In this document: piece after piece, positions 60,203-64,000 of the stretch
Layout of the letters: each line of letters begins with the position of its first letter
Numbering within the stretch: position 1 is the first letter of the stretch
DNA from: Chthoniobacteraceae bacterium
Lineage (GTDB): Bacteria > Verrucomicrobiota > Verrucomicrobiia > Chthoniobacterales > Chthoniobacteraceae
Reading direction: 5' to 3'
Length of the DNA stretch: 64,000 nt
Assembly (NCBI GenBank): GCA_040081625.1
Contig: JBEBGD010000004.1
Location: forward strand, 32,001 to 96,000
Translations under genes and position numbers: made by a program
The notes under the pieces: generated by a model
What the model saw: only the letters and a program-made list of their open reading frames with translations
Database searches by the model: none
What the model was told of the DNA's origin: nothing

Positions 60203-61495
60203 CTACGTTGGTTCGATCGTCACCAGCGCCGTGGTGATCGTCCACGCGTCGTCGAACTTCATCCGCTTGCGCTCGTGGCCGGCACCCCATGAATCGCTGT
60301 AGATGATCTCCTGCGTCTTCACGTTGTAGCCGATGATGAGCCGCATGTGGCCGCCGCTCGCCTGCTTGATCTCCTCCTCCTGGATGAGCCCGAGATGCAC
60401 GCTCCACAGCAGCGGGATGCCGCTGTCGATGTGCGACTGCACATCGCGCTGGAAGCGGCTCACGTCGGCGCGGTTTTTCGTCCGCGCATCCTTGAGCACG
60501 TCGGCTTTCATCGCCCCGTAGATCTCCGCCACGTCGAGCATCTGGCCCTGGTCGGGAATCTCCGGCGCCTTCGCGCGCTTGGCGGAGCGGTTGTAGTCGC
60601 GCATCAGGTCGAGGATCGTTTTCACGTCGAGCTTCTCATGCTCGCGCACGCGCACCTTCAGCCGCGCGGCGACTTTCTTGAGTGACTCCGTCATCGCGCT
60701 CATGCTCGTGCCACCGGCGGCGGAACTGTTCGCGATCTGCGCGAGTTCGTTCGAGTCCACATCGCCGCCGTAGTAGCGCATCACGCGCTCCGCGCTCGCG
60801 ACCACGCAGTAGCCTTTCTGGCCTTGATCGACCATCGGCACGTCGTGCAGCCACACGTCGCCGGTCGCCTCCTTTTTCACGTGCTGCGCAGCGTTGAAGC
60901 GCGGGCGCGTCGCGCTCGCGGTCGTGAGCATGGTCACTCGTTTCTCGACCGGCCGCACTTCCAGCCTCGCAAACTCGGCACGAAAAGGGATCTGCCGCGA
61001 CTTCACTTCCTTCGTGAACGAATACTCGAGCAGGTATTGCGACTTCGCGGTCTGCCAGACGAGGCCCTCGGCTTTCACCGCGCTCGTCGCGTCCTTGCCG
61101 CGCACCGTGTGCTTGAGCCCGGTCGCCTTGGTGATCGCCTCGACCGTGCCGACCAGCAGCGACTGCCACTGCGACTCGGTCAGTTCGCCCGCGTCGCCAC
61201 GGGCGAAGAAGTTCGCACTGATCAGGTTCGGTTTTCCGCCCTCGAAGCGCGCGATGAACTCGTAGATCTGCCGGCCGAAAAGCGTCATGCCTTCGCGTTG
61301 CGCGGCGCGCGCGGAATCCCGCGTCGCGGAAGTCCAGCGCAGCGGGAGGCCGGCGGTGGCTTTTTGAAACGCATCCTGGTCGATCGTCCACAGGTCCGGT
61401 TGGGAGAGCACGCTGTCGAAGCTGAATTTCTCATCCGCCTCTGCGTGCGCGGCGACGACGACGAGAGCGATGGGGAGAAGGCGGAGCGGTTTCAT
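60203..61495 (-). CDS. Secreted C39-like cysteine peptidase
   Basis: Signal peptide. VPMVDQGQKGYC (Gln/Cys), GGHMRLIIGY (His) and YSDSWG (Asp). Confidence 0.85.
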   Translation of the reverse strand: MKPLRLLPIALVVVAAHAEADEKFSFDSVLSQPDLWTIDQDAFQKATAGLPLRWTSATRDSARAAQREGMTLFGRQIYEFIARFEGGKPNLISANFFARGDAGELTESQWQSLLVGTVEAITKATGLKHTVRGKDATSAVKAEGLVWQTAKSQYLLEYSFTKEVKSRQIPFRAEFARLEVRPVEKRVTMLTTASATRPRFNAAQHVKKEATGDVWLHDVPMVDQGQKGYCVVASAERVMRYYGGDVDSNELAQIANSSAAGGTSMSAMTESLKKVAARLKVRVREHEKLDVKTILDLMRDYNRSAKRAKAPEIPDQGQMLDVAEIYGAMKADVLKDARTKNRADVSRFQRDVQSHIDSGIPLLWSVHLGLIQEEEIKQASGGHMRLIIGYNVKTQEIIYSDSWGAGHERKRMKFDDAWTITTALVTIEPT

Positions 61496-61618
61496 GCGGA
61501 GTGAGCAGCGAGTATGCGCCCACTATACGCAGGCTCGGCCGAACGGAAAACCGCCAAACGGGCACCGCGCGATGCCGCGCCGATCTCATCGCGCCGAAAC
61601 GGACTAGCCTCCATAATT

Positions 61619-63400
61619 CTACGGCTCAAGCATTCGCAGACCGATGGTGATCGTCCATGCGTCATCGAGTTTCATGCGCTGACGCACATCGTCGACCCGT
61701 TCCGAATAACTATAAATAATCTCCTGCGTCTTCGCGTTGTAGCCGACGATCAGCCGCGTATGCCCACCGCCGACGCCCGGTAGATTCGGCTCCGGCAGCA
61801 GGCCCAGTTGCACTTCCCAGAGCAGTGGAATGCCTGCGTCGATCCGCGCCTGCACCTCGCGTTGGAAGCGGCTCAAGTCGGCGCGGTTTTTGGTCCGCAC
61901 CTCTTTCAGCACCTCGGGTTGCATCGCCCCGTAGATTTCCCGCGTCTCCAGCACCTGAGCTTGTTCCGGGACTTCCCGTGCCTTCACACGCTTGGCCTCC
62001 CGATTGTAGTCCCGGATCAACTCCTGGAGCGCCTTGGTTTCTAACTTCACAGGCTCGCGCAGGCGCAATTTCCAACGTGCCTCCACCGATTTGAGCAGCT
62101 CTGCGGCCGCGAGCGAATTGGCGCCGCCGGCCACATAAGCGTCCGCAAGCGGGGCGATCTGGCGCTCATCCGCGTTCATCCCAAAATAGTAGCGCAACAC
62201 ACGCTCCACACTCGCGGCCATCGAGTAATTCTTCGCCCGGCGCGCGGCCATGGGCACGTCAAAAAGCCAGACGCTTCCATCCGGCTCGCGTCTGATGTGC
62301 CCAGCGGGATTGAACTTTTGCCGTGCAGACGTCGCGCTGACAACCCCGGGCGGCTGGCTGCCGATCGTTCCTGGCGCCGCCTTTGCGTCCCCCAGCAGTT
62401 TGCCGACGGCGGCAAACTCCGCCGCGGGCCAGCAGCTCGGGTCGAAGCGACCGCCGATCAGGCGCCATTGCTCGCGAGCGATCGCCAAGTCCGGCACTGT
62501 GGCGGCGATGCGGCAGAACACACTCGCGACTTCGAGCGACCCTGGGTAGTGCCTTTGCAGCGCCGTGAAGCTCCGCTTCAGCGCGTCCCATGATTGGGCC
62601 GAACGGGAAAACTCCCCGGTCAGATAGCCGAGCGAATTGAGATACAAGGCTGCCTTCGCAAAGACCTCCTCCGCATCCGGCACATCCTTTCGCGCCATCG
62701 TCTCCAAAACAACCTGTTCCCACTCTCCTGGCTGCCCATACCAACGCGGCAAAAGAAAGTAGGCTCGGTGGTCGTAGAGCGAGTCGTAGTAGGCGGCGTT
62801 CCTCACGCCATCCTCAAACAAGGCGTCATACTCGTTGCGCGCCATGCCGGTCCCGAGCGCGACCCGCTGCATCGCGGAATGCCATGCGGGACATTTCTTG
62901 TTCAGTGCCTTCGCTGCCGCGAGCGCCTCAGCAGCTTTGGCCAACCGGTCCCGCATCCCTGCCCATCCTTCCTCCGCGACTTGATCCGCAGTTTTACTGG
63001 TTCGGGCCTTCCACGCATAGCCCCGATATAATTCGGCCAGAGCGATGCGCGGAGTTGGCGACTCCTTTTTCAGATCGCACCACGAGTTGAGCGCTGTGAT
63101 CAGCTTCTCCCAATCAGCGTCGGGCGCCCTGTCCGAAAAATCGCCGAAGGCCGAATAAAAAGCTCGAAGATGAAGGTAGCCGTTCGGATAGCGGGATTTC
63201 TTCTGGCGGTAATCCTCCGCCGCAGCCTCCAATCGATCAAACGCGCCTGCCAACGCGAGCTTGCGCACTTCCCCTTTGAACGCGTCGCGTTGCTCTTTTT
63301 CGCTCAAGTTACTTTCCGCTGCCCTGCCGCCGGAAAGCAGAGCGCAGCCGGCCAAGGCGAACATGAAGCAACGAAACGGATGAATCCTTGATTTTTGCAT
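61619..63400 (-). CDS. DUF4034-like domain fused to an inactive C39-like domain
   Basis: YAWKAR and LLPRWYG motifs. C-terminus paralogous to the neighbouring peptidase, with Cys replaced by Ser. Confidence 0.75.
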   Translation of the reverse strand: MQKSRIHPFRCFMFALAGCALLSGGRAAESNLSEKEQRDAFKGEVRKLALAGAFDRLEAAAEDYRQKKSRYPNGYLHLRAFYSAFGDFSDRAPDADWEKLITALNSWCDLKKESPTPRIALAELYRGYAWKARTSKTADQVAEEGWAGMRDRLAKAAEALAAAKALNKKCPAWHSAMQRVALGTGMARNEYDALFEDGVRNAAYYDSLYDHRAYFLLPRWYGQPGEWEQVVLETMARKDVPDAEEVFAKAALYLNSLGYLTGEFSRSAQSWDALKRSFTALQRHYPGSLEVASVFCRIAATVPDLAIAREQWRLIGGRFDPSCWPAAEFAAVGKLLGDAKAAPGTIGSQPPGVVSATSARQKFNPAGHIRREPDGSVWLFDVPMAARRAKNYSMAASVERVLRYYFGMNADERQIAPLADAYVAGGANSLAAAELLKSVEARWKLRLREPVKLETKALQELIRDYNREAKRVKAREVPEQAQVLETREIYGAMQPEVLKEVRTKNRADLSRFQREVQARIDAGIPLLWEVQLGLLPEPNLPGVGGGHTRLIVGYNAKTQEIIYSYSERVDDVRQRMKLDDAWTITIGLRMLEP

Positions 63401-63494
63401 CGAGGGACGAGTGGGAGTTGTTATGAGGGGCGGGGCGGTCGCCAGCAAGCGCGGATACGCGGAACAAAACCAGTGCGCCGGCAGTCGGGTGCGT

Positions 63495-64000
63495 TTACGT
63501 GACCTTGGGCTGCTGCTGGGTCAGGCAATGAAACGCGCCGAGGCCCCAGATCAGCTCGCGGCAATCGATCGGCACGACCTTCCGTCCCGGCAGCGCCTTC
63601 TCGATCACGGTCGCGGCCCATCGGTCGTTCGGGTCGTGGAAGATGGGCAGGAGCACGACGGTGTTGGCGATGTAGAAGTTCGCGTAACTCGCCGGGAGTC
63701 GCTGGCCGTCGCGCACGATCCTGCCGGGCATCGGGAGCGTGTGAACCTCCAACGGCGTGCCGTCTTCGACGGCCATCGTGTGCAGTAGTTCGAGATTGTG
63801 CGCGAGCGGGTCGTGGTTCGCGTCGTTCGCGTCCTCCTCGACGACGGTGACGACCGAGTGCTGACCAACGAAACGCGTGATGTCATCGACGTGTCCGTCG
63901 GTGTCGTCGCCCTCGATGCCGTCGCCAAGCCAGAGGATGTTCGTGACTCCGAGATGATCCTGCAGCCGCTTCTCGATCTGCTTTTGAGTGAGGTCCGGGT
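63495..64000 (-). CDS. Agmatine deiminase family (5' end outside window)
   Basis: GDDTDGHVDD, ASYANFYIAN and GLGAFHCLTQQQP motifs. Confidence 0.93.
   Translation of the reverse strand, partial: PDLTQKQIEKRLQDHLGVTNILWLGDGIEGDDTDGHVDDITRFVGQHSVVTVVEEDANDANHDPLAHNLELLHTMAVEDGTPLEVHTLPMPGRIVRDGQRLPASYANFYIANTVVLLPIFHDPNDRWAATVIEKALPGRKVVPIDCRELIWGLGAFHCLTQQQPKVT

Overview
High-GC bacterial chromosomal window. The PVC-type heme/dehydrogenase proteins, sulfatases, ECF sigma + Ser/Thr kinase locus and Uma2 nuclease suggest Verrucomicrobiota, probably Chthoniobacterales/Spartobacteria-like (inference, no search run). About 55 CDS, including infC, pdxH, dnaE, a tail-specific protease, a GH57 branching enzyme, Pal, ABC/MFS/CPA2/DMT transporters and two type II TA loci, plus tRNA-Asn(GTT). 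The notable signals are: (1) an AT-rich non-coding array of exact 42-bp period built from two alternating palindromes (GCTCA-N6-TGAGC and GGTGA-N6-TCACC), directly upstream of a small winged-HTH gene at the edge of a ~3.6-kb accessory island; (2) a REPIN-like inverted-repeat element inserted in-frame inside dnaE; (3) a REP-flanked lower-GC cassette that looks like one frameshifted gene; (4) a shared ECF-type promoter motif before both kinases, plus a decayed copy of the first kinase's 5' end; (5) a cNMP/4Fe-4S protein with three large insertions including WXXGXW repeats; (6) a catalytically degenerate C39 peptidase duplicate fused to a DUF4034-like domain. Starts were often trimmed by eye from the ORF track. 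All family calls come from motif recognition, not database searches.
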